Virus record (IMG/VR): IMGVR_UViG_3300042308_000967
Coordinates: 1-64,000 of that record
Reading direction: 5' to 3' (one strand)
Source of the DNA: an uncultured virus (IMG/VR IMGVR_UViG_3300042308_000967)
Taxonomy: Duplodnaviria; Heunggongvirae; Uroviricota; Caudoviricetes
DNA length: 64,000 nucleotides
Shown here: one piece after another, positions 35,461 through 46,651 of the stretch
How the letters are laid out: each line of letters opens with the position of its first letter
How positions within the stretch are numbered: the stretch's first letter is position 1
The notes under the pieces: generated by a model
Told to the model about the DNA's origin: nothing
The model's input: the letters and a program-made list of their open reading frames with translations, nothing else
The model's database searches: none
Program-made: the position numbers and the translations under genes

Positions 35461-38400
35461 ATGGGTCTTTCCAGATTATCAAATTTTTTGCGTAATACTA
35501 GAGGTGAGATTTTATATGTAGATCCTTCAAGTGCTGATTCTACAGATTCAGTAGAAAATCGTGGAAACAGTTTAACCCGCCCATTTAAGACAATTCAACG
35601 TGCATTAATTGAAGCATCAAGATTTTCATATCAACGTGGATTAGATAATGATAGATTTGGCAAGACCACTATTATGGTCTATCCAGGTGAGCATGTTATT
35701 GATAATCGTCCTGGATGGATTCCTTCAGATCCTAATGGTGGAACATTTAAATCAAGATCAGGAGAAACTGTAACTGATTTCCAACCTTTTGATCTAACCA
35801 CAAACTTTGATATTAATTCAGACAGCAATATCCTCTATAAGTTTAATAGTGTTCACGGTGGTGTGATTATTCCTCGTGGTACTTCATTAGTTGGTGTTGA
35901 CTTAAGAAAGACCAAGATTCGTCCAAAGTATGTCCCAGATCCACAAAACTCTAATATTGATAGATCTGCAATCTTTAGAGTAACTGGTATTTGTTATTTC
36001 TGGCAGTTCAGTATTCTGGATGCTGATCCAAATGGAACTTGTTATAAGGATTACACCTCAAATGCATATGTTCCTAATTTCTCTCACCATAAACTTACTG
36101 CATTTGAATATGCAGATGGAGTAAACAACATTGATATTGATGATGCATTCTTAAATTATTCTACAGACAAAACTGATCTTGATGTTTATTATGAAAAGAT
36201 TGGTATTGCTTATGGTCCTTCAAGCGGAAGAGAGATTCCACCCGAAGTTACAGGATCTCCACTAGATATTCAACCAAAGATTGATGAATATCGTATTGTT
36301 GGATCAACTGGCGGAAACGTAGGAATCACAAGTATTAAGGCAGGTGATGGTGTTGTAGCAACAAACGTTATTACTGTAACTTTAGAAGCAAATGCCCTAG
36401 GTCTTGATGTAGATACGCCAATTAGTATTGAAGGTATATCTGCTGCTGGTTATGATGGACAGTTTGTAGTTAGTGAAGTTCTAAGTTCAACACAAATTAA
36501 ATATCAAGTATCAAATCCACCAGTTAATGCACTTCCATCTGCAACTGGATCTAATCTTAGCATTACAACTGATACTGTAACTTCCGCATCTCCATACATC
36601 TTTAACATCTCTATGCGTTCCGTTTATGGAATGTGTGGACTACATGCTGATGGAAGTAAAGCATCAGGATTCAAGAGTATGGTTGTTGCTCAGTTCACTG
36701 GTATTGGACTGCAAAAAGACGATAATGCTTTCGTAAAATATAACACTTCTACGGGATTATTTGAAGATAACACTGTAAGTGGAAACGAAAATATTCATAG
36801 TGATTCAAGAGCAAGATTTAAACCTGTATATGAAAACTATCACATTAAGGCTTCTAATGAAGCATTTATTCAGGTAGTTTCTGTTTTTGCGATTGGTTAT
36901 GCACTTCACTTCGTTGCAGAGACTGGTGGAGACTTATCAATTACAAACTCCAACTCAAACTTTGGTGCTAAGTCACTTGCTGCATCTGGATTTAGAACCA
37001 CAGCATTTCCAAGAGATGATGTTGGTTACATCACTCACTTTATTCCTCCAAAAGAATTTGATACTACAGAGACAACACTTGAATTTACTGCAATTGATGT
37101 AAGTAGAACTGTTGGAATTGCATCAACGAATCGTCTTTATCTTTATAATGAAACTAATGCATCAATTCCACCTGACAACGTTATTGAAGGATATAGAATT
37201 GGTGCTAAATTCAATGATAAACTAAATGTTCTTTTATCGCAAAGTGGCATCACAACTCAGTACTCGGCAAGAATTATTATGCCAAGTACTCAATTTACTG
37301 GTAATGAACTAACTTCAGAGAAATCATATCGCGTTAATATTTCTGGAAGTTCAAATGCAATCTCAAGTAATATCATTACGCTGACAACAAATCATTCTTT
37401 AACTGATGGAGAAACTGTAAGAGTCATTAGTAGTAATGGACATCTTCCTGATGGACTTTCTCCAAATCAAGTTTATTATGCAATTACGACTGGAGTTTCT
37501 GGAAATCAACTGAAACTAGCACAAACTCTTAATGATGCACTTGATGGATCTGAAGTTACTCTGAATAATAAAGGTGGTCTATTAACGATTGTCAGTAGAG
37601 TTTCTGATAAGAATTCTGGTGATATTGGACATCCAATTCAATATGATTCAACCAACGGTCAATGGTATTTGAATGTTGGAACTGCATCTACTGATAATAG
37701 CCTCTATTCAGCACTTGTTGGATTTGGAACTGCAGTTCTTGGTACAGCAACTCCAAGAACATTTATTACTCGTAGATCTGATGTTCGTGCATTAAATGAC
37801 TCAATCTATAGAATTCGTTATGTCATTCCAAAGGATTCTGCAACAACTGCAAGACCTCCATCTGATGGATTTATCATTCAAGAATCAGGATCAGCACTTG
37901 GAACTACGGATACTGAAGTTGCTTATCAGTTCAATCCATCAACAGCAACTCTTGCAAATGTAACAAATCTAAGAAATCAAAGAGTTGTTGCAAATGCAAG
38001 TTGGGATGGAACAAGTGTAAATGTTATCACAGAACTTCCACATAATTTAACTGTTGGTTCTGAAGTTAATCTTGTAAACGTAACTAGTACTGGCAATCTT
38101 GCTGGTGCTGCAAACTCCGCATATAATGGAACATTTACAATTACTGGAATTAGCAGTTCAAAGCATTTCAGTTATGCATTGAGTTCAAATCCAGGAACCT
38201 TTACAAATAATATTACAAATCGTACAACATCACTTCCATATTTCCAAAGGAAGAAGTACAATAACACTTTCTTAGTCTATAGAACACAGGAAGTTCAGAA
38301 ATATATTAAGAATGAACAAGATGGTGTTTATCACTTAACTTTAATCAACTCATCTAACTCACCTAACGTATCCCCTTTCAACAACCTTAGATTCCTTCAA

Positions 38401-40917
38401 CCAGTAACAAATCTTTATTCACAAGTTAATAGAGACAATCCAAATTCAGATCCAGAACCAGCAATCTCTTATGCACTTCCTGAACCTATTGGCCAGGTTG
38501 TAATTGATGAGCCACAAAACAGTGCAACAAAAGAAACTGTACAAAAGGCAATTGCTGACTTTGGTGTTGGTATTGGAATTACAAATATTGTATCAAATTC
38601 TGCAGGAACCGCACATACAATCTTTACTTCTATTGATCACGGATTTAATAGAGCAACAGGTTTATCCATTGTTGCAGGTGGTGCTGGATATGGAACAGGT
38701 ATTGGTACAGAATACTTCTATAATGCAAAACTTGTCGGACAAACAGGCACTGGTATTAACGCAACTGCAAGAATTAAAGTAGATGCTGGTGTCATTACTG
38801 GCATCAAGGTTATGGATGGTGGTAGTGCATTTGGTATTGGTAATACACTTGCTGTTGTTGGTGTTGCAACAACTTCTGGATATTCTGTAGGTATTGTAAG
38901 TGTAACTTCAATTTATGATGATACGAATGAAATCGTAAAAGTTGCTGGTATTAGTTCTTTAGGATATAAGAATTATAATACTCTCTACCGTATTACTGGA
39001 GTTACTGCAGGTAATTTTAAGCAAGTTGAAGTTGCTTCCGTTTCTCCAGTAAGTCCTGCAGTACAAGGTGGACTTGGACAACTGATTACCTCAAATGCTA
39101 CTGCTGCATTAGTTGGTAAAGCAATCGGTGTATCTTCACTTACTTATAATGCTACAACTGGAATTGGAATTGTTACGACCACGAACAATCACGGTTTCCA
39201 AGTTGACAATGTTATTTCTCTAGGTGGAGCAGATAATTCACTTTATAATGGATCATTCATTATAAGACAAGTTAATAGTCTTACTTCTTTCTCTGTTAAT
39301 ATTGGAGTAGGAACAACTGCTCCTGTAGGATCTGGAACAATCTATGCATATCGTCGTGGAACTGCATCAAATGCAGGAAACGTTACGATCAATGATGAAA
39401 ACATTGGAGGACGTTTAGTTTCAATTTACGATAATGCAACTACAACACTCTCTGCTGCTGTTACTGGTCCGACTGTAGGAACAATTACAATTCCAGTTTC
39501 TGGATTAGACTTAAACATCGGTGATTATCTTGAAATTGGTGATGAGATTGTAAGAATCAAAACTACAGTTACAAGTGACACTATATCTGTTTATAGAGGT
39601 GTTCTAGGAACTCCAAGTGGAGCACATGCTTCCGGAACAACTGTAAGAAGAGTTAAACCAGTTCCTATTGAGTTCAGAAGACACTCTATCATTCGTGCAT
39701 CAGGTCATACTTTTGAATATGTTGGATTTGGTCCTGGTAATTATTCAACTGCATTCCCAGATCGTCAAGATCGTCAACTTTCCGCACAAGAAGAACTAAT
39801 CTCACAATCATATAAGAATGATGGTGGCATTAACTTCTTTACTGGAATGAATGACAAAGGTATTTCTTATTCTGGTAATAAGAAATTAAGTACAATCACT
39901 GGACAAGAAGAAATCTTTGATACTCCTATCCAAACCTTTACTGGTGAAGATATTTCAAATCAACCTGCAATTAATGTTATTAATCCAGTAGAAGGAAACT
40001 TTAGCAATGCAATTCGTGTTGAAGGTGGTCCTGATGGTAAGGTTCTTTCCAAGTTTGATGGTCCAGTAGTCTTTACCAATAAAGTAACTTCTACTTCCAC
40101 TAAAGGATTTGAGGCAAATTCAGTTTTCATTCAAGGTGATGCTACAATTTCTAGAAAGTATACTGTTGGAATTTCAACTCCAACAAATGCCGGAAACCCC
40201 GGAGACGTTGTTTATCAGGCAACTCCAGAAAGTGGTGGAACTCTTGGATGGGTTTACACTTCAGATAATAATTGGAGAAGATTTGGACCTGTTAGTACTT
40301 CTACGACTAGTATCAACTTGTCAGTTAATCAAATCTCTGGAAATTCCTTCATTGGTACATTCACTGGAGATGGTTCCGGATTAACAAACGTATCTGATAT
40401 CTGGAGAACAGATGCAGTTGGTGTTCATACTTCAACTCCTATTGGTATTGGTACAACAAGTGCTAAAGCGGGATTTGGATTATATGTTGAAGGAAGCACT
40501 TCAATCAACGGAACACTCAGAGTTTTTGAAATTATTGAAAAAGCAACGATTAGTTCTACAGTATTGAGTTCTGCATCTACGCAGAATATTGATCTTGGTG
40601 ATAATAATGTTTATTACTTTACGACTAATGCTACAGGAAACTGGACGATTAACTTTAGAGCAAATTCCACACAAACATTGAATAGTTTCTTGGAAGTTGG
40701 AGAATCCACAACAGTTGCTATTATGACCACACAAGGATCAACTCCTTACTATAACACCACTGTTCAGATTGATGGTGTAGCACAATCACCAAAATACTAT
40801 GGAGGAAATACAATTACTTCAGGAAATGCAAATTCAATTGATATGTACACCTATGTAATTCTTAAAACTGCAGCAAACACTTACACAGTTCTTTACTCAC
40901 AATCACAATACAGTTGA
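35461..40917 (+). CDS. large virion structural / tail fibre-base protein (1818 aa)
   Basis: MGLSRL..ILYVDP..GNSLTRPFKTIQRAL, SPYIFNISMRSVYGMCG, SIIRASGHTFEYVGFGPGNYST. Ser/Thr/Gly-rich. Confidence 0.8.
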   Translation: MGLSRLSNFLRNTRGEILYVDPSSADSTDSVENRGNSLTRPFKTIQRALIEASRFSYQRGLDNDRFGKTTIMVYPGEHVIDNRPGWIPSDPNGGTFKSRSGETVTDFQPFDLTTNFDINSDSNILYKFNSVHGGVIIPRGTSLVGVDLRKTKIRPKYVPDPQNSNIDRSAIFRVTGICYFWQFSILDADPNGTCYKDYTSNAYVPNFSHHKLTAFEYADGVNNIDIDDAFLNYSTDKTDLDVYYEKIGIAYGPSSGREIPPEVTGSPLDIQPKIDEYRIVGSTGGNVGITSIKAGDGVVATNVITVTLEANALGLDVDTPISIEGISAAGYDGQFVVSEVLSSTQIKYQVSNPPVNALPSATGSNLSITTDTVTSASPYIFNISMRSVYGMCGLHADGSKASGFKSMVVAQFTGIGLQKDDNAFVKYNTSTGLFEDNTVSGNENIHSDSRARFKPVYENYHIKASNEAFIQVVSVFAIGYALHFVAETGGDLSITNSNSNFGAKSLAASGFRTTAFPRDDVGYITHFIPPKEFDTTETTLEFTAIDVSRTVGIASTNRLYLYNETNASIPPDNVIEGYRIGAKFNDKLNVLLSQSGITTQYSARIIMPSTQFTGNELTSEKSYRVNISGSSNAISSNIITLTTNHSLTDGETVRVISSNGHLPDGLSPNQVYYAITTGVSGNQLKLAQTLNDALDGSEVTLNNKGGLLTIVSRVSDKNSGDIGHPIQYDSTNGQWYLNVGTASTDNSLYSALVGFGTAVLGTATPRTFITRRSDVRALNDSIYRIRYVIPKDSATTARPPSDGFIIQESGSALGTTDTEVAYQFNPSTATLANVTNLRNQRVVANASWDGTSVNVITELPHNLTVGSEVNLVNVTSTGNLAGAANSAYNGTFTITGISSSKHFSYALSSNPGTFTNNITNRTTSLPYFQRKKYNNTFLVYRTQEVQKYIKNEQDGVYHLTLINSSNSPNVSPFNNLRFLQPVTNLYSQVNRDNPNSDPEPAISYALPEPIGQVVIDEPQNSATKETVQKAIADFGVGIGITNIVSNSAGTAHTIFTSIDHGFNRATGLSIVAGGAGYGTGIGTEYFYNAKLVGQTGTGINATARIKVDAGVITGIKVMDGGSAFGIGNTLAVVGVATTSGYSVGIVSVTSIYDDTNEIVKVAGISSLGYKNYNTLYRITGVTAGNFKQVEVASVSPVSPAVQGGLGQLITSNATAALVGKAIGVSSLTYNATTGIGIVTTTNNHGFQVDNVISLGGADNSLYNGSFIIRQVNSLTSFSVNIGVGTTAPVGSGTIYAYRRGTASNAGNVTINDENIGGRLVSIYDNATTTLSAAVTGPTVGTITIPVSGLDLNIGDYLEIGDEIVRIKTTVTSDTISVYRGVLGTPSGAHASGTTVRRVKPVPIEFRRHSIIRASGHTFEYVGFGPGNYSTAFPDRQDRQLSAQEELISQSYKNDGGINFFTGMNDKGISYSGNKKLSTITGQEEIFDTPIQTFTGEDISNQPAINVINPVEGNFSNAIRVEGGPDGKVLSKFDGPVVFTNKVTSTSTKGFEANSVFIQGDATISRKYTVGISTPTNAGNPGDVVYQATPESGGTLGWVYTSDNNWRRFGPVSTSTTSINLSVNQISGNSFIGTFTGDGSGLTNVSDIWRTDAVGVHTSTPIGIGTTSAKAGFGLYVEGSTSINGTLRVFEIIEKATISSTVLSSASTQNIDLGDNNVYYFTTNATGNWTINFRANSTQTLNSFLEVGESTTVAIMTTQGSTPYYNTTVQIDGVAQSPKYYGGNTITSGNANSIDMYTYVILKTAANTYTVLYSQSQYS

Positions 40918-40928
40918 GGAGAAAATAA

Positions 40929-43900
40929 ATGAGTCCACTATTAGGTGCTTTAGGAGATTCCTCTGAATATGCTTATAGAGGAACTTTAGATGATATACCT
41001 ACTGATTTTTCACTCACAAATGTAACTGGAGCAGAACCTGGAGTTGCTTATACTACAGGCCCAGTTACAATTAATGGAATCAATAATACAGTTAGAGTAT
41101 CTGTAGGCACTGGAGCATCTATTGCAGTTAATAGTGGAATTTTTACAAGTGGTCCTGGATTTATAAGAAATGGTCAAACAGTTGCTGTTCGTATTCCAAC
41201 TACATCAGGATCTGATAATGATTTTGGAAAAACCTACAGTGCAACCTTAACTGTTGGAAGAACTTCAAAACAGTGGAGTGTTACGACGAGAACAAAAGAT
41301 TCTACGCCTGATGCATTTACTTTCACTAATTCAACTAATCAGAATTTAGGAATTACATCAACAAGTAATACGATTACAATTTCTGGATTAGATGCAACAA
41401 TTCCTTCAAATGCTGCAATTACTTCTGGTATTGGATCTTTCCGTAAAAATGGAGGAGCACCAGGAACTGCAACAACAATAGGAAATGGAGATACGCTTGC
41501 GATTGTATTAGCAGGTCCAACCGATTATTCCAAAACAAATTCTACTTCTATCACTGTTGGTGATTATACAACATCATATTCAATTTCTACAAGAGACTCT
41601 GATACTACTGTAAATCAATTTACATTTACTAATTTTACCAATGTTGGATTATCATCTGCATTTGACAGTAATTCAATTACTTTGAGTGGTGCAGATACTG
41701 ATACTGCAGCAGCACCTGTTCCATTAACTGCAACAGTATCTGGTGGATTTTTAAAAGTTGTAAGAGGTTCAACCACAGTCAGAGACTTTAGTGCATCTTC
41801 TGCAACGGTTTATAATGGCGATATTCTTACTTTAAGAGTTAATTCTTCTCCAAGTTATAGCACTTCAACATCGGCATCATTATCAATCACAGGAGCAAAT
41901 ACTCCAGTTGGTGTTGCAAGCACATTCACTGTCACAACAAGACCAATTGTAAGCGATACAATTCCAACACAATTCACTTTTGTTGACAAGAGTGGTCAAG
42001 GAAGAAACATTGCAACAATTAGTGATCCTATTACGATTGTTGGAATGACAACACACGCTGATGATTTTGGAACTGCTTTCATTACAACTACAACAGACGG
42101 TGGAGAATTTAGAGTTACTCGTGGAGGATCTGTTGTTAGAGGATTTGGTACAGAATCATATCAAATTAGAAATAATGACATTATTAATTTAAGGATTACG
42201 ACATCTCCTGCATCAAATGGATCAGTTCAAACTAGATTCAATGTAACAGGAAGTGATAATACTGATATTAATAACATTATCAATCAAACAATTAGTGACA
42301 CTTGGGTTGTTCAAAGTGCAGTTCGTAATTGTCCTTTAGTTGCTCCTACTTTTACATCAATTACTGGAGTAAATCCATCATCTTTACAATCAGTAACCTT
42401 CATACCTACAAGTTATGATAGTGACTGTGGAGTTGTTGTCAATACCTCAAATGCAAACTCATATCTAGATGTTAATGGTACAACTGGAAATAATATAGTA
42501 GTTCTTCCTGGTGTTGCCTGTACTGTTTATATGACAGCAGGTTCATTCTCTCAAACAAGATCAACGACAGTTACTCTCACTGCAAACAATAATCTTCCAT
42601 CACCAACTTCAACATCATCATCTTGGTCCGTATCTACAAGATCATCAAATGATCCAACTGTCACTTTAACTGCAAGTCCATCATCAGTTTCTTGTAATCA
42701 AAACACAACTTTAACTTGGTCTACGACTTCTGCAGTAAGTGTAACAACAAATGGGTTTACTGGAGTTGGAACTAATGGATCTTTGACTGTTGGACCATTA
42801 AAAGCAAATACTAGTTACTCAATTACTGCAACTGGACCTGATGGAACAACTGCAACTTCTTCCTCTTCAGTTGTAGTCAGTACAACTGCAGCAGCAACTT
42901 TAACAGCAAATTCTACAAGTATTGCGTATAATGGAAGTGTAACATTAAGTTGGTCAACATCAAATGCAAGTAGTGTTGTTTCAAACTTTGGAGCAACTGC
43001 AACATCAGGATCTATCACTTTAAATAATTTAAAATCTAGTCAGACTTATACACTTCGTGCAATATCTAATGGTGGATGTGCAGATTCACCAACTCAAACT
43101 GTAACTATTAATGTTGCTGCTTGTAGTGAAATTAGAGATGTTGATACTGGATATAGTGGAATTACATTAAATTATACTTATGCAAATCCAGGAAATGGTT
43201 TTGATTATTATTTTTCGGGTTTAAGTGGTGATGGAACAGCAAGAGCAGCACAAAGTTATGGTGATAGTGAATTTTGGTCTGGTTTTAGTCCTACTAGCCC
43301 TTGTACTTGTGGATGGACTGATCCGTGTCTGAATGGATCTAGTGGACCTAATAGTGATTTTTTTGTTATTCCTGCTGGAGTCACTTTCGTCACTATAATT
43401 GCAGCAGGTTCTGGAGGTGGAGGAGGTGGAGGAGGTCCAGCTCTTCCGGGTGGTAGTGGAGGAGGAGGAGCATATGTAATATTAGGTGTTTCTGTAAGTC
43501 CCGGTCAAAGATTTACTTGGAGTTTTGGTGGAGGTGGACAAGGTTCATATCCAAATGGTTCAGGAAACACTCCAAATAATGGTGGTGGTGGATGCTTTGC
43601 TGGTCCTGGATGGCCAACAAGAGTTTATAATAATAATGGAAGACAAATAATAGCTGCTGGCGGTGGAGGTGGTGGCGGAAGAAATATAAATGGACAACCT
43701 GGATCTGGAAGTGTTGATCCAGGAGGATCAGTATCTACTGGTGGTGCTGGTAATGGTGGGCGAGGTGGTGAGTTATCCTCTGCCGGAAGTGCCGGTGGTG
43801 CTGGATATGTTTCAATGTCTTTTACTGTAAATATTGAAGGTGCTTCTTGGAGTACCTTGATTACTGGTATTAACCAACAGTATAGATCATCGTTTAATCG

Positions 43901-44051
43901 TCCACCATCTGTAAGTGAAATGGATTATTGGATTAACGAATATTTAAGTTATAATGCAGATACTGTTGAACAATTGAAAGGATGGATTGCTGGAGGAAGT
44001 GCTTATAGATCATCCACTGGTGCAGTTACTTATTGTGGATCTACCTTATAA
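40929..44051 (+). CDS. Ig-like repeat, Gly-rich virion structural protein
   Basis: About 100-aa DxTPxxFTF repeats, TLTWST Ig-like repeats, C-terminal poly-Gly domain. Confidence 0.7.
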   Translation: MSPLLGALGDSSEYAYRGTLDDIPTDFSLTNVTGAEPGVAYTTGPVTINGINNTVRVSVGTGASIAVNSGIFTSGPGFIRNGQTVAVRIPTTSGSDNDFGKTYSATLTVGRTSKQWSVTTRTKDSTPDAFTFTNSTNQNLGITSTSNTITISGLDATIPSNAAITSGIGSFRKNGGAPGTATTIGNGDTLAIVLAGPTDYSKTNSTSITVGDYTTSYSISTRDSDTTVNQFTFTNFTNVGLSSAFDSNSITLSGADTDTAAAPVPLTATVSGGFLKVVRGSTTVRDFSASSATVYNGDILTLRVNSSPSYSTSTSASLSITGANTPVGVASTFTVTTRPIVSDTIPTQFTFVDKSGQGRNIATISDPITIVGMTTHADDFGTAFITTTTDGGEFRVTRGGSVVRGFGTESYQIRNNDIINLRITTSPASNGSVQTRFNVTGSDNTDINNIINQTISDTWVVQSAVRNCPLVAPTFTSITGVNPSSLQSVTFIPTSYDSDCGVVVNTSNANSYLDVNGTTGNNIVVLPGVACTVYMTAGSFSQTRSTTVTLTANNNLPSPTSTSSSWSVSTRSSNDPTVTLTASPSSVSCNQNTTLTWSTTSAVSVTTNGFTGVGTNGSLTVGPLKANTSYSITATGPDGTTATSSSSVVVSTTAAATLTANSTSIAYNGSVTLSWSTSNASSVVSNFGATATSGSITLNNLKSSQTYTLRAISNGGCADSPTQTVTINVAACSEIRDVDTGYSGITLNYTYANPGNGFDYYFSGLSGDGTARAAQSYGDSEFWSGFSPTSPCTCGWTDPCLNGSSGPNSDFFVIPAGVTFVTIIAAGSGGGGGGGGPALPGGSGGGGAYVILGVSVSPGQRFTWSFGGGGQGSYPNGSGNTPNNGGGGCFAGPGWPTRVYNNNGRQIIAAGGGGGGGRNINGQPGSGSVDPGGSVSTGGAGNGGRGGELSSAGSAGGAGYVSMSFTVNIEGASWSTLITGINQQYRSSFNRPPSVSEMDYWINEYLSYNADTVEQLKGWIAGGSAYRSSTGAVTYCGSTL

Positions 44052-44088
44052 CATTCATAAATAGAAAAAAGGTAGGCGCTCTCCTCCC

Positions 44089-46623
44089 ATGGCAGTACAA
44101 AAAAACTTTAGCATACGTAATGGTTTAGAAGTAAATGAAAAATTACTTGTTGCGGACTCTGTACTAGACAGAGTTGGTATTGGATCAACAACTCCAAAGT
44201 ATACTTTTGAAGTCATTGGTGGAATAGGCGCTACCGACATTAATATTCTTGGTATTAGTACAGTACTTACCGAGTTCAATGTGGGAACTGGTGGTACTGT
44301 AATTACTTCACTCAACACTGGACTCACTGGTTTTGGTACACAGTCTCCAGCGTATATTGTTGATATACGATCTCCAGTCTCTACGGGACAGACAGCACTC
44401 TATGTTCAGGGTGATGTCAGAATTACTGGTGATGTATATGCAGATGATATTAATCTCGATCAAGCAACATTTACTAATCTAGAAGTCACTGGCGTTAGTA
44501 CGATTGCGATTGGTATCATTACCACATTAAGTGGTTCTAACCTAAATTACAGTGGTATTGGATCTTTCGGAAGTGTTAATACTCCAACTGCAAGAATTAC
44601 TACTGGCATTGTTACGACGATTGATAATGCTAATTTAAGAGTATCCGGAATTGCAAGTATCAATACTGGTGTTGTAACGACTGCTTATATCAACACTGGT
44701 ATTGTAACTAATTTAAGTGGAACAAATCTTAATTATACTGGTGTTACTACTGTTGGTGATTTTTCATCAACAGGTTCTTTTGATTCTTATGCACCAACTT
44801 CAACATTCCACGGAAATGTAACCATTGACGGAAACGTTACAGTTGGTGGAACTTCAGGCATAATCAATGCTGTAGAATTAAGAATTGAAGACAAAGACCT
44901 TGTTCTTGGATTTACGACTACAATAACACCAACTGATGATACTGCAAATCACGGTGGTATTGCAATTGCATCAACAGAAGGAACTCCATTAGTTTCTTTA
45001 TATGCAGCAGGTATTAATACATTACCTGACACCTACAAGCAAATTATGTGGGTTAAGCGCAATACAATGGGCGCTGGAACCACTGATGCATTCTTATTTA
45101 ACTATGGTGTTGGTATTGGTTCAACACAAGTTCCTAATGGTGTTAAACTTTCTGTTGGATCAGTACATATTACTGATGATACTATCAATGCAACAAATGC
45201 AGTATTAACCAATTTAAATGCATCTGGTGTTACTACATCTAATTCTTATAATATTGGTGCAACTCAAGTTATTAGTTCTGGTAGACAACTTCAGAACATT
45301 GCTTCTCTTGATGCAACCACAACTGCAACGATTGAAGCAGCAATTGCGAATGCACCAAACACATTTACTGATATAACAGTCAGTGGTCTTTCAACATTTG
45401 TAGGTGTTTCGACATTTAACAGTGGTGTTTATGTTTCTGGTATTGCTACTTTCCAGAATAATGTAAGTCTTGCTGATAATGCAAATCTATACATTGGTAC
45501 TGGAAATGATTTAAGAATTTTCCATAATGGATCCAATAGTTTTATCCAAGATAATGGAACTGGAAATCTTTTCATTGACGCATCTAGTACTTATTATAGA
45601 GCATCTTCACATTTAATTCAGAATGCCAGTTCATCAGAAACTCTTGCAACCTTTACTGAAAACGGTTCAGTAGCACTTTACTTTGATAATGTAAAGGAAT
45701 TTGAAACCACAGGATATGGCGCAACTGTCTTTGGAACTTTACAAACACAGCAACTAAATGTTTCTGGTGTTTCTACAATAAGCACTACAAATATTAGCGG
45801 AGACTTAACATTTACTGGTAATAATGATCTTTACTTAAAAGATAGTGGGGTTATTAATTTTGGAGATAGTAATGATCTACAAATTTACCACAATGGTGTA
45901 TTAAGTGTAATTAGAGAAGGTGGAACCGGCGGATTATTAATTGATTCTAATAATGAAATTAAACTTGGTAAGAATGGAGCAGGAAATGATACTCTTGCGA
46001 TATTTACACCTGATGGTTCAGTAGAACTCTATTATGACAACGTAAAGGAATTTGAAACCACAGGATATGGTGCTACTGTTTATGGAACTTTACAAACACA
46101 GCAACTAAATGTTTCTGGTCTATCAACGGTTGCAAACTTTAGAATCACACCAATTGGTTCTGGCGCAACAGTTGGTAACTCTGGTATTGTTACTTACTAT
46201 GGTGATGGTTCTCAACTCTCTAATATCATTTCTGGTGTTGGAATTCAATCTGCAGGAACTTTAGTTGGTACTGGATTTACCACACTCAACTTCATTGGCG
46301 CAGGTAATACCTTTGCTGTCAATGGAACTACTATTGATATTAGTATTTCTGGTGGAGCAGGTGCTGGTGGTACTTGGACAACATATAATGCAGGTATTGC
46401 AACCAGTAAGTCTGTTGGTGTTCATACTTCAACGATTGATAATGCAAATCTCACTGGTGTTGGCAATTCATTCCAAGGACTTTATGTTGCTAATGGTATG
46501 ATTATCGTTGATAATCAACTCAATGGAGACCATTACATTGGTACTTCATATAATGGACTGATGGCAGGTCCTGTCACCATTAATGGAATATTGACTGTTG
46601 ATGGTAATTACGTAGTAGTCTAA
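44089..46623 (+). CDS. tail fibre-like protein
   Basis: KNFSIRNGLEV, VGIGSTTP, GIxT repeats, two copies of NDLxIxHNG..VxLYxDN.KEFETTG. Confidence 0.75.
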   Translation: MAVQKNFSIRNGLEVNEKLLVADSVLDRVGIGSTTPKYTFEVIGGIGATDINILGISTVLTEFNVGTGGTVITSLNTGLTGFGTQSPAYIVDIRSPVSTGQTALYVQGDVRITGDVYADDINLDQATFTNLEVTGVSTIAIGIITTLSGSNLNYSGIGSFGSVNTPTARITTGIVTTIDNANLRVSGIASINTGVVTTAYINTGIVTNLSGTNLNYTGVTTVGDFSSTGSFDSYAPTSTFHGNVTIDGNVTVGGTSGIINAVELRIEDKDLVLGFTTTITPTDDTANHGGIAIASTEGTPLVSLYAAGINTLPDTYKQIMWVKRNTMGAGTTDAFLFNYGVGIGSTQVPNGVKLSVGSVHITDDTINATNAVLTNLNASGVTTSNSYNIGATQVISSGRQLQNIASLDATTTATIEAAIANAPNTFTDITVSGLSTFVGVSTFNSGVYVSGIATFQNNVSLADNANLYIGTGNDLRIFHNGSNSFIQDNGTGNLFIDASSTYYRASSHLIQNASSSETLATFTENGSVALYFDNVKEFETTGYGATVFGTLQTQQLNVSGVSTISTTNISGDLTFTGNNDLYLKDSGVINFGDSNDLQIYHNGVLSVIREGGTGGLLIDSNNEIKLGKNGAGNDTLAIFTPDGSVELYYDNVKEFETTGYGATVYGTLQTQQLNVSGLSTVANFRITPIGSGATVGNSGIVTYYGDGSQLSNIISGVGIQSAGTLVGTGFTTLNFIGAGNTFAVNGTTIDISISGGAGAGGTWTTYNAGIATSKSVGVHTSTIDNANLTGVGNSFQGLYVANGMIIVDNQLNGDHYIGTSYNGLMAGPVTINGILTVDGNYVVV
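45691..46119 (+). repeat. 78-bp near-identical direct repeat (45691-45768 and 46042-46119)
   Basis: GTAAAGGAATTTGAAACCACAGGATATGG...TGGAACTTTACAAACACAGCAACTAAATGTTTCTGGT, copies 351 bp apart. Confidence 0.9.
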
Positions 46624-46651
46624 ATAGTAAAAAATAGGGGATAGTGAACCT